Program-made: the position numbers and the translations under genes
Source of the DNA: Amoebidium appalachense
Lineage: Eukaryota; Protista; Ichthyosporea
DNA length: 64,000 bases
NCBI GenBank assembly: GCA_963693365.1
Contig: CAVNZM010000005.1
Span: 12,919,728-12,983,727, forward strand
Direction of reading: 5' to 3'
Part shown: piece after piece, positions 14,787-31,982 of the stretch
How positions within the stretch are numbered: the first letter of the stretch is position 1
How the letters are laid out: each line of letters begins with the position of its first letter
Notes under the pieces: generated by a model
Seen by the model: the letters and a program-made list of their open reading frames with translations, nothing else
Told to the model about the DNA's origin: nothing
The model's database searches: none

Positions 14787-16547
14787 TTAAACCCTGGAGG
14801 GGTAAAGCATCTGCAGGGGAAAAGAGCGTTAGTGTCAACACTGAGGGCACTAGCATGTCGACCCATCAACAAGGCCACACTACCATCCATCCAGAAACTG
14901 GCGCACACACCTCCGGTCAAAATTTCGACATACAAATGGAGCAGCATTCTGCCACCACTACTTCTTGCATATAACCGACTCGGTAAGATTCGGCTAGAAT
15001 GTTTCATTCTGCCCTGTGCAAGGTCCCTTCCCCAAATATCAAATAGTAGACTTCAACTGTACATGACCAAGCCTCACTGTCTTGCTGGTGCCACAGCTGC
15101 CTGCAACCCCCCCCCCCCCCAAACACACACCCACACGTACCACGCGGACGGTGGCGCCCATGGTCTTGGGGGGCAGGTTGGAGGTGAACTTGGCGCGCAC
15201 AACACCGCCGTTGCCGTGGGAGCGGGCAACCTTGCCCCAGATGACGCGGTAGTGGGTGGGCTTGCCCGTGACCTTGTTCTTGGTGGCGCGCTTGCACTTG
15301 TACACGTAGGCAATGCGCTTGCCCATGTAGAACTCAGTATCCTCCTTGGTCTTGACCCCCTCGAGCTTGACCAGGGAGAAGTTGGCACTCTGGTTGCGCT
15401 GGCCACGGGTGAACCCGAGCACAACGCCCTTGGTGTACAGTCTGTGTGTGTGTGCATGCGTGTTTTTGTGTGTGCGTGTGCGTTGATACATGCGTGTACA
15501 TGGGCGTGGATAGATGGAGCATGGGGGTAGTGTGTCGTGCAGGTGAAATGTGGTACGTGTGATGTCCTGGGTGTAGTATGTCGTGTAGATGAAATGTGGT
15601 ACGTGTAACGTGTAATGCAGGTGTGCAAGCATCAATATGTGCGTTGAAAAGTATTGTTCACACCCGCAATTAGCCAAGTGGTTGTTGTGCAGTGCGGAGA
15701 AGCAGATGAGTGTGTGCATTGTGGTGTGCTGGAAGAATTTGAATGTGTGTGTACCAGCGAAGGGGAAAGTGTGGGTGGAAGATGACGGGTGGTCAGTTGA
15801 TGGCAGTATTCCAGAGCTGAGATCCCCGTATGCACCGGCCAATGCAAACAGAACTGCAAGATGCGCTATACGGTAGTCTCTTGATGATGGTGCATGTACA
15901 ACCGTATTTGAATGCTATCTGACAAGAACAGGAAACAAATAATCTCTGCGTCCCATCGACATTGGTGGCGAATGTCCGATAATATCCACGCATAAGCTCC
16001 AAAACCGGTGGACTCCAGCCAACTGGGGTCGATCTGCCAAAAATCAGCTCAAAAGAAACAATGATGGTAATAATTACTGCCCTGCTGTGCCCGTTTCTCG
16101 CTTGTGTGCATGTAACCTCTGGCCGTCCTGCCAAAAATCGACCTTGAGAAGTGCCCCCATCCATGGGATCCTCCCCTTGTGATGTTAAATACTGGTGCCG
16201 TGTTCTCTGTCCTACACAATACGATTAGGAAACTACTCTACGAATATAGCGTCTAGCCCGTCGTCTTGTAAGTGCTGTATAACAGGGCTACTGGTCGATT
16301 GTGTCCGTGGTGCCGCGTTATGGGTCAGATGCTGCGGATATATGGACGATCTCTGCCGGATAACTCGTCGAGATGCTTCCGTTTTCGCCTGCCTGGTCCC
16401 TGCATCCATCCTCCTGTGACCTGCTCTATTGCATCCTGCCTAATCCGACGGCATTCTCCGCACCTGCCAAATCCATCCCTATGCATCTACACTCTACGCT
16501 ACGTTATTTGCCTAATTTCGGTGCCAGTACCTCACGGGCTGAGGCAT
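14787..16547 (-). CDS. RPL35A: 60S ribosomal protein eL33 (L35a); exons 16547-16531, 15441-15141, 14810-14787
   Basis: Spliced translation [23 protein letters not shown]...[14 protein letters not shown]...[43 protein letters not shown]-stop is a typical eL33. GT-AG junctions keep frame. Confidence 0.96.
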
Positions 16548-16572
16548 CTTCGCTTGCTCAACGATGGACACC

Positions 16573-16583
16573 GAAAAGAGGAG
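16573..16583 (-). promoter_or_regulatory. TCT/5'-TOP-like polypyrimidine initiator of RPL35A
   Basis: CTCCTCTTTTC lies ~25 nt upstream of the RPL35A ATG, the usual position for ribosomal protein genes. Confidence 0.6.
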
Positions 16584-17441
16584 TCACAGTGGCACACAGC
16601 TGCCCTTTAGCGTTGCCGCCTACAACGGTAACACACACTAGCTGATGAGGGAGATAAGCGGATAAAATAAACGCTGCTGGTTGGTTTAAGTTTATCCGCC
16701 TAGATTTATAAAAGCTTGTGGCCAATGAAACGAGTCTCCTAAAAAAAAGATCTGCGCGGGAAATTCCAAAAAAGCAGATTGCGCAAACCCAAACTGGGCA
16801 ACTGCAACTTTCAAGTCGAGGTCGCACACCACGTCTTCAACGGAACATCCCAAAATGCTCAAGGAGTATTTGTGCAGTCCAGCTGCAGCTGTGCTTTATT
16901 TTTAAATAAAATTCGCAGACAACCCCGTTCGCTTTTTTATAACCCTGCAGCATTCAAAATTCTTGCTTACCTCAAACATGAGGGAAAGTATGCTTTCGGT
17001 TTATTGAGACCTCAGTTGATAGACATATGTGTATGTAGGTGCCTAAAAGAAAAATGCTCGTACACATAAAAGCACACATTAACAACATGTGTAAACGGAT
17101 ATGCTCATAGCTTGTGAGAATTTATGCTATAAGCTTTCACTTCGGATGCAAGTTGGCGCCGCGACGTGTTGTGTCGGAATGGTGGGTTCATGTTCCCTGG
17201 GCTTTAATCCACATCACCTAGCCTATTTGGACACACGTACCTGTTTATCAGTGACCAAGTTGCACAAAGTCATTAGCGCAAACAAGTTGATACTGCGCTG
17301 CTTAGTATGCACTAATCAAAACCATTCTTCCCATCTCCTTCCATTTTACTTCGAGGCTCCATCCCTCCACATCCCAACTCAATTCAACACATGGGCACAC
17401 CTTCAAGTTGGTTCTGTGTTAAGTGGACGGTTGAGGGGAAG

Positions 17442-21310
<3,869 letters not shown>

Positions 21311-21963
21311 GGTTGAAACGGGCCTGGCCCTAGGCACGGTGGTCTTCACGTTGTGAGATGTTTCTCGAGCCCTTCCCTCTTTATTCTGTAGAACATTTGT
21401 TGGCTCTACCGGTACCTGTCACTAGATACACCCTGCAGTGTGTGGGTTTTACTAAACTTCACCAGCAATCCGTTCAGGCTAAGTAGCAGCATATCGTGCT
21501 GCTTCTTGCTTCGCATGCAGCTGTTTTGACCCTCTGGAAAGAAAGGATACCGTCAGTAGGGAGGTGTAGGTGGCCTTGTCAGCTTGCCAGGCGGAAACTG
21601 AAACTTTTTGAACGCTGAATTTTCTGCTGTTATAAAACGAAAACGAGTTTTCCATCGGATGGGAGCTCGAGTCAGCGAGGCTCGGCTCTTGTAATCGCAA
21701 TAGATCTATCTCCTAAATCGACTCTTTTATGATTGGCTACAAATCATGGCTCTGTGTTTATTCGCTAAATTACCTGCCTAATATGGTAGGTCCCGTTGCG
21801 CACACTGGCTTGTTACATTTTTCAGTTTGCGGCCCGGGAAGGCAGGGTAAGAAGACCTATCCAGCCTCCACACAGACAACAGTGAAGCACGCTACAAACC
21901 ACCTTTTTGTGATTCCCCAGCCACACGGCAACTCCCCACGTCCGGTGGCTTCAGGGTGCGCCT

Positions 21964-23163
21964 ATGTTTTCAGCCACGCTTGCCCGTGCAGCGAGGAGGG
22001 TGGTGAACATGGGTGCCGTGGGCGCCTTTGAGCCGCTGCAGCGCGTGCGGCTGTTCTACCCGGCCACGGCCCTGGCCTACGATGCCTCCTATGTGCTCAC
22101 GTCACGCGACGCGCCCCACTACGACGTACCTGGGCGCATCAAGGGCGTGCTGGACATGGCACTTGCCCGCCCGCACCTGTTCGACTGTGTGCCCGTCAGC
22201 CCCAGCGTGCAGCCGGGCGGCAGCTACGAGCAGTGTGCCGAGATAGAGGCGGCTCTGCGCGTGCACAGTGCGGACATGGTGGAGTTTCTATTGCGTGTGC
22301 CTAAAGAGCCCCCCGTAGTGCCCGAGACCTTCCTCATCCCCGGTGCCTTCTCGCGGACAGGCCGGGTGCCCAAGTTCCCCAACCTGCCGCAGTATGCAGG
22401 GGCCTACTGCTTCGACAGCTGGACTCCCCTCACGAACCAAACCATACCTGCCGTGATCGAGAGTCTGGCCTGTGCGCTGCAGGCGGCCAGGGCCGTTGTT
22501 TCTGCGCCGGTTAGCCAGCAGCCCAACGTGGCCTATGCACTATGCCGCACACCAGGCCACCATGCAGGGCACTCAGCCTACGGGGGCTACTGCTACCTCA
22601 ACAACGCAGTCATAACGGCGCGACACCTGCAGCTCAGTGGGCTCTCCAACGTGATCATAGTCGACCTGGACTTCCACTACGGCAACGGCACACACATACT
22701 GTGCCAGGGGCTGGATGATGTGCACATGGTCAGTGTGCATGCTGACCCTGCCGTGGGCTATGAGCCCTACTTCAGTGGTATGGCGGTGCTGGAGGAGGAG
22801 AGTGGGGTGGACGGGCAGGGCATACCAAAGTGCCTCAACCTGGTCTACGACCCTATCACTATCAGGCAGCAGCACTTCACCACCCTAATGGAACAGGCCT
22901 GTGACTTTGTGCACAGGGTCTACGACGCAAAGAAGGGAGACACGGGGGCACTCGTGGTCAGTTTGGGGGTGGATGCGCTTGAGGATGACCCCCTGCATAA
23001 GAGTGGAACGGGGTGGAAGGCAGATTGGTATGGACAGGCTGCACGTAGGTTGAGGGAGGTGAATGGGGACCGGCCCATGGTGGTGGTGCACGAGGGGGGC
23101 TACAGCCCCGACAAGAGCCCAAGTGCCGTGCTGGCTTTCTTCGAGGGGCTGTTGGCCCCCTAG
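21964..23163 (+). CDS. Zn-dependent deacetylase, acetylpolyamine amidohydrolase (APAH/AphA)-like member of the HDAC fold family; intronless
   Basis: 399-aa ORF with GAYCFDSWTP, YALCRTPGHHA, YGGYCYLNNA, DLDFHYGNGT, SVHADP, VSLGVDALEDDP and HEGGY. The Arg/Ala-rich, acid-free N-terminus resembles a mitochondrial presequence. Confidence 0.9.
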   Translation: MFSATLARAARRVVNMGAVGAFEPLQRVRLFYPATALAYDASYVLTSRDAPHYDVPGRIKGVLDMALARPHLFDCVPVSPSVQPGGSYEQCAEIEAALRVHSADMVEFLLRVPKEPPVVPETFLIPGAFSRTGRVPKFPNLPQYAGAYCFDSWTPLTNQTIPAVIESLACALQAARAVVSAPVSQQPNVAYALCRTPGHHAGHSAYGGYCYLNNAVITARHLQLSGLSNVIIVDLDFHYGNGTHILCQGLDDVHMVSVHADPAVGYEPYFSGMAVLEEESGVDGQGIPKCLNLVYDPITIRQQHFTTLMEQACDFVHRVYDAKKGDTGALVVSLGVDALEDDPLHKSGTGWKADWYGQAARRLREVNGDRPMVVVHEGGYSPDKSPSAVLAFFEGLLAP

Positions 23164-23207
23164 AGCGGACAGTGACCATATATGGTAGGAGGGGGGGGGG
23201 GAGTAGG

Positions 23208-23417
23208 CATGTGCATAGTGTTAATGTTTAATCTTTTTTGTACACGGCCATGTGCATAGTGTTAATGTTTATTCTTTTTTGTACACGGCCACGTGCATAG
23301 TGTTAATGTTTATTCTTTTTTGTACACGGCCATGTGCATAGTGATAATGTTTTTTCTTTTTTGTACATGGCTATGTGCATAGTGTTAATGTTTATTCTTT
23401 TTTGTCGGCCATGTGCA
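23208..23417. repeat. 41-bp minisatellite, ~5 copies
   Basis: Unit CATGTGCATAGTGTTAATGTTTATTCTTTTTTGTACACGGC starts at 23208 and 23249 and continues, just 3' of the deacetylase stop. Confidence 0.9.
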
Positions 23418-23874
23418 CACGCGCACTACAGGAACACACACTGTGCCTGTACATACTAAAGACTTCACCATACGTATGAGGGACCTGACCCACACAGATT
23501 CTTATCCGAACTGTCGAGCGGTATTTCTACGCTGGACATTAACCACACGTACAGAATGAAGCCAAACAAACTTGCTCCATAGATAGGGCTGAAATACAAC
23601 GAATTGTCTTGACCCTTTACCAACGAACAGGATTTGTTGGTGGCCACAGGCAGGTCACCCCCTTTTTTTTTTCTTTTTCTTTTTTTACCCCCTTATATAA
23701 ACAAATACAGGGCAAGCCCTGATGATCACGTCGTGCATTGAACCTGGCCTATTCCTTTCCCCCCCCCTCCCCCCCTCTTTCCCCCATGCCCCGTGCCATC
23801 CACCCACCTCTAAGGCATGCACCTTCATCTTTTTTCGATGGTGGCATGGTAGACGTGAAGGTGTGTGTGGGGTG

Positions 23875-23911
<37 letters not shown>

Positions 23912-24587
23912 GGGGGAGGGGGGAGGGGGGAGGAGGAATTAGGGGGCACCCAACTAAACACATGCACACCATACCCACTTATAAGTGGTGGCGGTTGGTG
24001 GATGGGGGGGGGGGGGGGGGGGGGGGGGGGGGAGGGCAGCTGTTTCTTGTAGGAAATTAACCTGGTAACGTTATAAGGGGAGGTTGACTTTTGACGAAAC
24101 GGCATGTGGGTGGGTGGGTGGATGGCTGGGGGGGTGGGGGGGGGTTCATATGTGGCGTGTTTTACTTGCCAATTGGGGGGGGGGGGAGGGGGGGGGAGAA
24201 TCTGTGGGGAGGGGGGAAGGGGGAGGTTTTGTGTTTTGTGTCTTTCCTTGTTAGGTTTGTTTTGGTTTAAAAGGTGGGGGGGGGGGGTGGAAAAGGAACC
24301 ATAATTGGCCATTGTGATCACGAGGGGAGTAGAGAGTGTGAGAATGGGCTCGTAGGAAGGGCGGGTGGGTAACAGGTGCATGTGTTGTGCCGGGATCCGT
24401 TTTCTTATTGGGTACGTGGGTTTTGGGCAGGCCATTGTTGGTTGGGTTAATGAAAGAATGCACATGAACCGGTTGCTTGGTGGAAGTTCGGCAAGGTAAA
24501 GGGAGGCAGATAGCTGGTGGAGGGAATCCGTTAGGTGTGGTGCTGGTGATGGTGGGGTGTTTTTTTTTGTTTTTTGTTTTTTTTTGT

Positions 24588-24635
<48 letters not shown>

Positions 24636-25539
24636 TTGGAGGGGAGGGGGGGGGGGGGGGGAGGGGGGAAGGGGGGGGGAAGATCGTCATGGGCGTTGGG
24701 AGCAGTGCTGGGGGGACTGCAGACGACCTTAATGCACCGCCTTTGCGCCCAATATTGCTGGTGTTTGCAGCAAGAGGAGGGAACCCGTGGGTGGTGCACA
24801 TAACCGAAGTGAAGTGAGGGGTGGTGGTGGTGGGGGGGGGGTTGCAGCTATGTTCGAGTTGCAAGGGTGGCTGGCCCATGGGCCCACCTAGCAGGCCTGC
24901 CTGTTTCACAGCACATTTAGAGCATTTCATGCACCTGCATACATCAAAGGCCATCATGCCCATCACAGCCGCCCCCTCTCCCCCTCTCTTCTAACCCCCT
25001 CCACATCTGCTATCCCCTCCCCTCCCCCCCCCTCCCCTCTCACCCATCCCTAGGAACTTCAACCTCCTCCAGCCTGTTACGCATTGTCACCCTAGACCAA
25101 TTAAGCCAAACCCATTTATGGATATTTGCACCCCTGTTCGGTCATTTCACCCCCCCCACCTGTGGGAGTGGGGGTGGATGTGAGCCGTGAGGAGACCACC
25201 CGAAGAGACAGATCTCCTCTTTCGGTGGAACTACCAAATATGGCAACACAGCCTCTGATTGGTCATCTGCTCTGACCAGCATCGAAGATCCCCGGCTTCC
25301 GCAACCAATCAGTTGAGGCCATGCTTCTTCTTATACAGTGTGTGTCCACACGGCAAATTTGACGGGTTTGGGGCCTCTAGACGAATTCCTAGCCACTAGA
25401 GCCGGAGACATGGTCGTCCCTGAGCTCTGGCTTGTGTATGGGGGGAAGGGGTGAAAGGAGGTGTATGTACTTGGAGTGGTGGGCCTGGTGTGTGGGGAGG
25501 GGGGGGGAGCACTGAGATGGTCGGAATAGGATAGGGCCA

Positions 25540-25589
<50 letters not shown>

Positions 25590-25799
25590 TCAGGCACGAA
25601 GAGGAGTGCTAGGAAAGAGAAGGGAGAAAGTCTAACCTGATGAGCTCTGTACACGGAATCGGCAGGGGGGAAGGGGGGGGGGGGGGGAGAGGGGGGGGGG
25701 GGGGGGGGGGGGGGGGTAAAGGGGGGGGGAGGGTCCTTTTTCCTGCAGGAAAACCCCGGAATACAGCCCTTGGAATTGGAGGAGGGGGGAGGGAGGGGA

Positions 25800-25836
<37 letters not shown>

Positions 25837-25992
25837 CATATTAGCAGAAGCTTATAGACCAGTGCACATCTCTTGCTTTTCAGGCACATACATCGTTATG
25901 GGGCATATCATCAGAGATGAAAATGGTTTCAAAAGCCACGGCAGGCGTTGGAAAGAGGGTGCCACTGATTTGTGTGTGCGCGCGGGGGAGCT

Positions 25993-26029
<37 letters not shown>

Positions 26030-26123
26030 TGATGGCAATATGTTCGTATATATGGAATTTTTTTGCGCGGACGGACACAGTAAGACAAGATGGGTCATAT
26101 GGCAAGGGAACGGCCGGGAACAT

Positions 26124-26158
<35 letters not shown>

Positions 26159-26726
26159 GGGGAGGAGGAGAGGAGGGGGGGCGGGTCCATTGTTTCGAAA
26201 CTGATGTACGAAGGTGCCCGTACGTGCATGGAAAAATACTTTGTCAAGGGCTATTCTCTATTGGCTTAGGTTGAAACCGGTGTAATCGGATCATCCTTAT
26301 ACGGAAAGTGTGCAGAATTGATCATGGGAAGGGTGACCACGTGTGTACTTAGGAGGGAGGAAGGGAGAACGCAGGGTGGATGGGGGGAAGAGGCCGGGGG
26401 AAGAGGGGGGGGGGGGGGGGGGGGGGGGGGTTTGGGTTCGGACGTCATACAGTGGAATAGGAATTAATTATTCCTTCCCAAATACCCTTCTCCCTCCCGC
26501 CCCTTCCCCCTCCTCCCCCTTATCCCCTCTCCCGCCCCCCCCCCCCCCCCCCCCCCCCCCAAAACAAAACAAACATGCCCACACCCTGCCTCTTTAGTAC
26601 CGCCATTAGGATGGGTCCAGGATACGGGCGTGCCCAGGTTGAGGTTACACGTGGCACTGCAGCTGACCGGACCCAACAGGAGCGTGCACAGCGGCCCCAT
26701 TTGATTGGTTCCGTGTGTGTCTCTCT

Positions 26727-26762
<36 letters not shown>

Positions 26763-26859
26763 GTGTTTGTTTGTTGAGGGCTCGAGTGGGGATGGGCGGG
26801 GGAAGGTAGGGAGGGTGGAGGGAGAGGGAGGGGGGGGGAGGGGGGGGGGGGGGAGTTGT

Positions 26860-26891
<32 letters not shown>

Positions 26892-27334
26892 CCGTGCAAA
26901 GTGAAGCAATGGGTCGTGGAACTTCTTTTTGGTGAAAAGTATTGTGTGCTGAGAGAGGTGCGGTAGGATTAGATGCTGAAACTATCATCTCAGGGGAAAC
27001 TAACCTGAAGCGAACTCGGACACCGGGCCGGCAAGAGGTGGGGAGGTTGGGGGGGGGGGGTCCTATTTGCTGCAACATTATCCCGTTGTTAGACCCAAAA
27101 ACGTGATATAAAACTACATATACGTTGTTTTCTCCCCCCTCAGAATCATTGCGCAAACAATCTTCTGCGCTGTTGACACCATAGAAGTCTTCGTCGTTTT
27201 GTTTTTTCCGTTTGTTTCTTCTTCCCCCCCCCCCCCCCCCTTCCCCCCCCCTTCCCCCCCCCCCTTTTTTGTTCTTTTCTATTTTTTTCCCTCCTTCCTA
27301 ATTCATGATGTTGTTGGGGTGTTAGCCTGGTGAA

Positions 27335-27370
<36 letters not shown>

Positions 27371-28039
27371 TTATTTTTGATTAAAAACCTGAAAAGGGAT
27401 AGTATCGAAAACGGCCTCCCCACACACACCCCCACACGCTCTCACCCACCCATTATGCACACCAATCAAATAGCTCCCACCACCGAGTGCGAAGCCGAGG
27501 AGCCCAAAACCAATAAATTCAATAGATCCACCATCGAGCTCCATAGAATGATTCACAGGTGTTTGGAATGAAACGGTTCAACAAACAAAAAATGACAATA
27601 CTAAGTCGAGGCATATGCCTGCAAGTTGAAGCCATGGGAAACCCCCGGACTTGACCACACCGCATCCGGGCAAAACGTAAAATAACTTACTGAGTGTGGG
27701 TTTCTCTCAATCTGTATTCCTCTACCCACATACACCATGTGTAAGAGACACAGCGCACAATAGAAAGATTGCCCACCAAACTCTGGATCAAAATTTATGC
27801 TTGATTTGGGCAAGTTTCAGTCCTGTTTCAAAACTAAAAGGATATCATATAGATACTCTCGAAGTTTAAAGCTACAGTGACTGCTGATATGCTGTAATGA
27901 CTCTTTAATGAAGCTTGCTATGGCGTCTGCTGCACTTCGGCCAATCTGGGGCTGTGCATGGTGGTGTCTTTATCCCCCCAACACAACATGATCACCGAAA
28001 GCGAAATATCAGCATGCACAGTGGCGCCGAAACACACAC

Positions 28040-28830
<791 letters not shown>

Positions 28831-28909
28831 ACCTTCTTCACCCCCTCTTCCCCCTTTCTCCATGGGCGCTTGGACTTAAAAAGACTCTCGTGACCTTCCT
28901 CTGAAGATT

Positions 28910-29110
28910 CAAGTAAGACAATAAGGAGTTTATATGGTTAAGTAAGACAATAGGGAGGTTAAATGGTTAAGTAAGACAATAGGGAGGTTAAGTGGTTAAG
29001 ACAATAAGGAGTATAAATGGTTAAGTAAGACAATAGGGAGGTTAAATGGTTAAGGAAAACAATAAGGAGGTCAAATCGGTAAGTAAGACAATAAGGAGGT
29101 TTTATGGTTG
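28910..29110. repeat. ~29-bp minisatellite, ~7 copies
   Basis: Unit GTAAGACAATA(A/G)GGAGGTTAAATGGTTAA repeated with variants. Confidence 0.85.
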
Positions 29111-29120
29111 GAGACCCTTA

Positions 29121-29366
29121 CAGGGGTCCCTCGCGTATTAATACACCCCCGTTTTTGGTTAGAAGTGTATTAATACGTGAGGTGTATTAATACGCGAACG
29201 CGACAGTTTTACTAGTAAATTGCCATTTATGGTGTCGCGCCTAAGTACTTACATATGAGTATACAGGGAAATCTATATGTCCCCCTATACTATCGTGCAG
29301 GGCCGGAAGTGTATCAATACTCGAATGTATAAATAAGATGGTGTATAAGTACATGAGGGACCCCTG
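29121..29366. mobile_element. 246-bp MITE of Tc1/mariner-pogo type
   Basis: 27-bp imperfect TIRs CAGGGGTCCCTCGCGTATTAATACACC and (reverse complement) CAGGGGTCCCTCATGTACTTATACACC, TA on both flanks (29119-29120, 29367-29368), and internal repeats of GTGTATTAATACG. Confidence 0.85.
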
Positions 29367-29764
29367 TACTATGAGCCCAAACACGTATCCCACCCTCTTC
29401 CCCCCCCCCCCCCCCCCCCCTCCACCCCCCTCCCCCCCCCCCCCCTCCCCCCCCCAGATATCATGGGTTTCTTGGTTAGCAGTATCAACAGGCTCTGCTT
29501 GTCTTGAATGTTCTCTTTGCATTCGTTTTTCATCGTGCTTTCCTTCCGCCTCAAACCCCCCCCCCCCCCCCCCCCCCACCAATCTCCCCCCGAAATGTGC
29601 CATATTATAATCCTCTCCCCCCCTGGGCAGCCCATTGTCTTACCCCTTCTTTCTCCCCTGGGACATACCTTTCTTGCCATTGCAGGCAGCATACCCCTTG
29701 GACCAATCATGCAGTCAGGCAGCAACGTCATTGTGAGGGTACTGGCTAGAAGAGTGCAATCACA

Positions 29765-29779
29765 GGTGTGGGTGTGTGT

Positions 29780-29845
<66 letters not shown>

Positions 29846-29975
29846 ATGTGTGTGTGTGGGTGTGGGTGTGTGTGTGCGTGTGTGTGTGCTTTTCTGTATG
29901 TGTGTGTGCGTCACGGTGTGCGTGTGTGGGTGGGTGGATGGGTGGGTGTGCATGTATGTGTATGTGTGTGTGTGT

Positions 29976-30006
<31 letters not shown>

Positions 30007-30185
30007 CGCGCGCGCGTGTGTGTGCGCGTGTGTGTGTGTGGGTGTGTGCATGTGGGTGTGTGGGTGTGTGTGGGTGTGTGTGTATGTGTGTATGTGTGTG
30101 TGTGTGCGTGTGTGTGTCTGTGCCTGTGCGTGCGTGTGTGCTTGTGTGTGCGTGTGTGTGTGTGTGTGTGCGTGTGCGTGTGTGT

Positions 30186-30216
<31 letters not shown>

Positions 30217-30343
30217 CATGTGGGTGTGTGGGTGTGCGTGGGTGTGGTGTGTGTGTGTGTGTGTGCGTGTGTGCTTTTCTGTATGTGTGTGTGCATGTGC
30301 GTGGGTGGGTGGGTGGGTGGGTGGGTGGGTGGGTGGGTGTGCA

Positions 30344-30407
<64 letters not shown>

Positions 30408-30472
30408 TGTGTGCGCACGCGTGTGTGTGTGTGTGTGTGTGCATATGGGTGTGTGGGTGTGTGTGGGTGTGT

Positions 30473-30554
<82 letters not shown>

Positions 30555-30583
30555 ATGTGGGTGTGTGGGTGTGTGTGGGTGTG

Positions 30584-30614
<31 letters not shown>

Positions 30615-30682
30615 TTTCTGTATGTGTGTGTTCATGTGCGTGGGTGGGTGGGTGGGTGGGTGGGTGTGCATGTGTGTGTGTG

Positions 30683-30759
<77 letters not shown>

Positions 30760-30815
30760 TGTGCTTTTCTGTATGTGTGTGTGGGTGTGTGGGTGTGTAG
30801 GTGTGTGGGTGTGCA
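29765..30815. repeat. Degenerate (GT)n array with higher-order duplication
   Basis: ~1 kb GT tract in which GCTTTTCTGTATGTG recurs four times (~29888, 30273, 30612, 30763). Confidence 0.9.
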
Positions 30816-31454
30816 GGCGGGCATTTGTGCTGCCTCTTTCTCTCCCTCCCTCCCTCTCTGTTTTCTGTATCTCTCCCCCTCCCCTCCCCTCCCCCTTTTC
30901 TTTCTCTCTCTCTCTCTCTCCGGCTCCCAAGTTCCCCTCCCCTCCCTGCCCTCTCCCTTCTCCTCCACCCCCTCCCACCCCTTCCCCTATCTCTCCCCCT
31001 CTCCCCCTCCTTCCCCCTCTTTTTCTGGGTGTTATTGGGGTGTGTTTGCATGTACACATGTATGTCTGTTCAGGGCAGAGGGGCAGATCAGTGTTCGAGA
31101 GTCAGTGTGTTGAAGGGGAATGGAAGAGACCGGTGGCTGCCACCTGTACGTATATTTTGTTTTTGGGCAGTCACACACCTGAGAAGCAGGGAAAGGGGGG
31201 CCGTTGGGTGGTGTTGGATTGGGTGGGCGGGTGAGAGGGAGAGGGAGGGAGGGATGCGGTGGGGGGGGGGGGGGGGAGGGGGGTGTTGGGGGGCGGTCGT
31301 TTTTTCATTCTGCATGCTGTTGAGCTTGATGGCAGCTTGGCCTGTGTCTCTCACCTGATAGGCATCTAACCATAATGATACGATGCCTACTCGATTCGAG
31401 GATTTTTTTATAGCAGTTGTGCTTAAAGAAAATTTACTTTCGAATTCTCAGCAT

Positions 31455-31857
31455 GGCGTAAACAGGGGTTTAGCCGCTGATAATGCCGTATGCGGGTGTT
31501 CCTTTAGCAACGATGATTCGGTAGTTCCGACCAATGGGATTGAACGGACAGACATAGGCATAGACTGTGTTGGGATGCAGATCAATGTACCACCAATGAA
31601 GGGGAGGAGAGGCAAACACAAAACTGGTCGACAAGGTGGATTGGGGAGGGGGGGGGGGGGGGGGGGGAAAAGCAAAAAGAACAAAAGACCTACTTGTCAC
31701 CCCCTCAAAGAAGCAAATGGGACAAACGGATGAGAAAGAAAGAAAAAAGGAAAACTGAAGGCAGAAAGAAGAGGAAGATCCCAAAAAGGTAATTTACACT
31801 GCACACAGGCGCATGGACGCAAAAGGCTAAAGCTCACACGCACACAACCACACACAA

Positions 31858-31937
<80 letters not shown>

Positions 31938-31941
31938 CCGT

Positions 31942-31982
<41 letters not shown>

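Noticed and set aside
14199-15530. 443-aa + strand ORF
   Set aside because: Antisense to RPL35A exons and 3' region, with no recognisable domain.
14811-16530. Intronic snoRNAs in RPL35A
   Set aside because: No properly paired C/D boxes or convincing H/ACA layout were found on the sense strand by eye.
29369-31234. Long 380-490-aa ORFs (HT/CV repeats) and similar poly-P/poly-G ORFs throughout the window
   Set aside because: Stop-free translations of (CA)n, (GT)n and homopolymer tracts, not genes.
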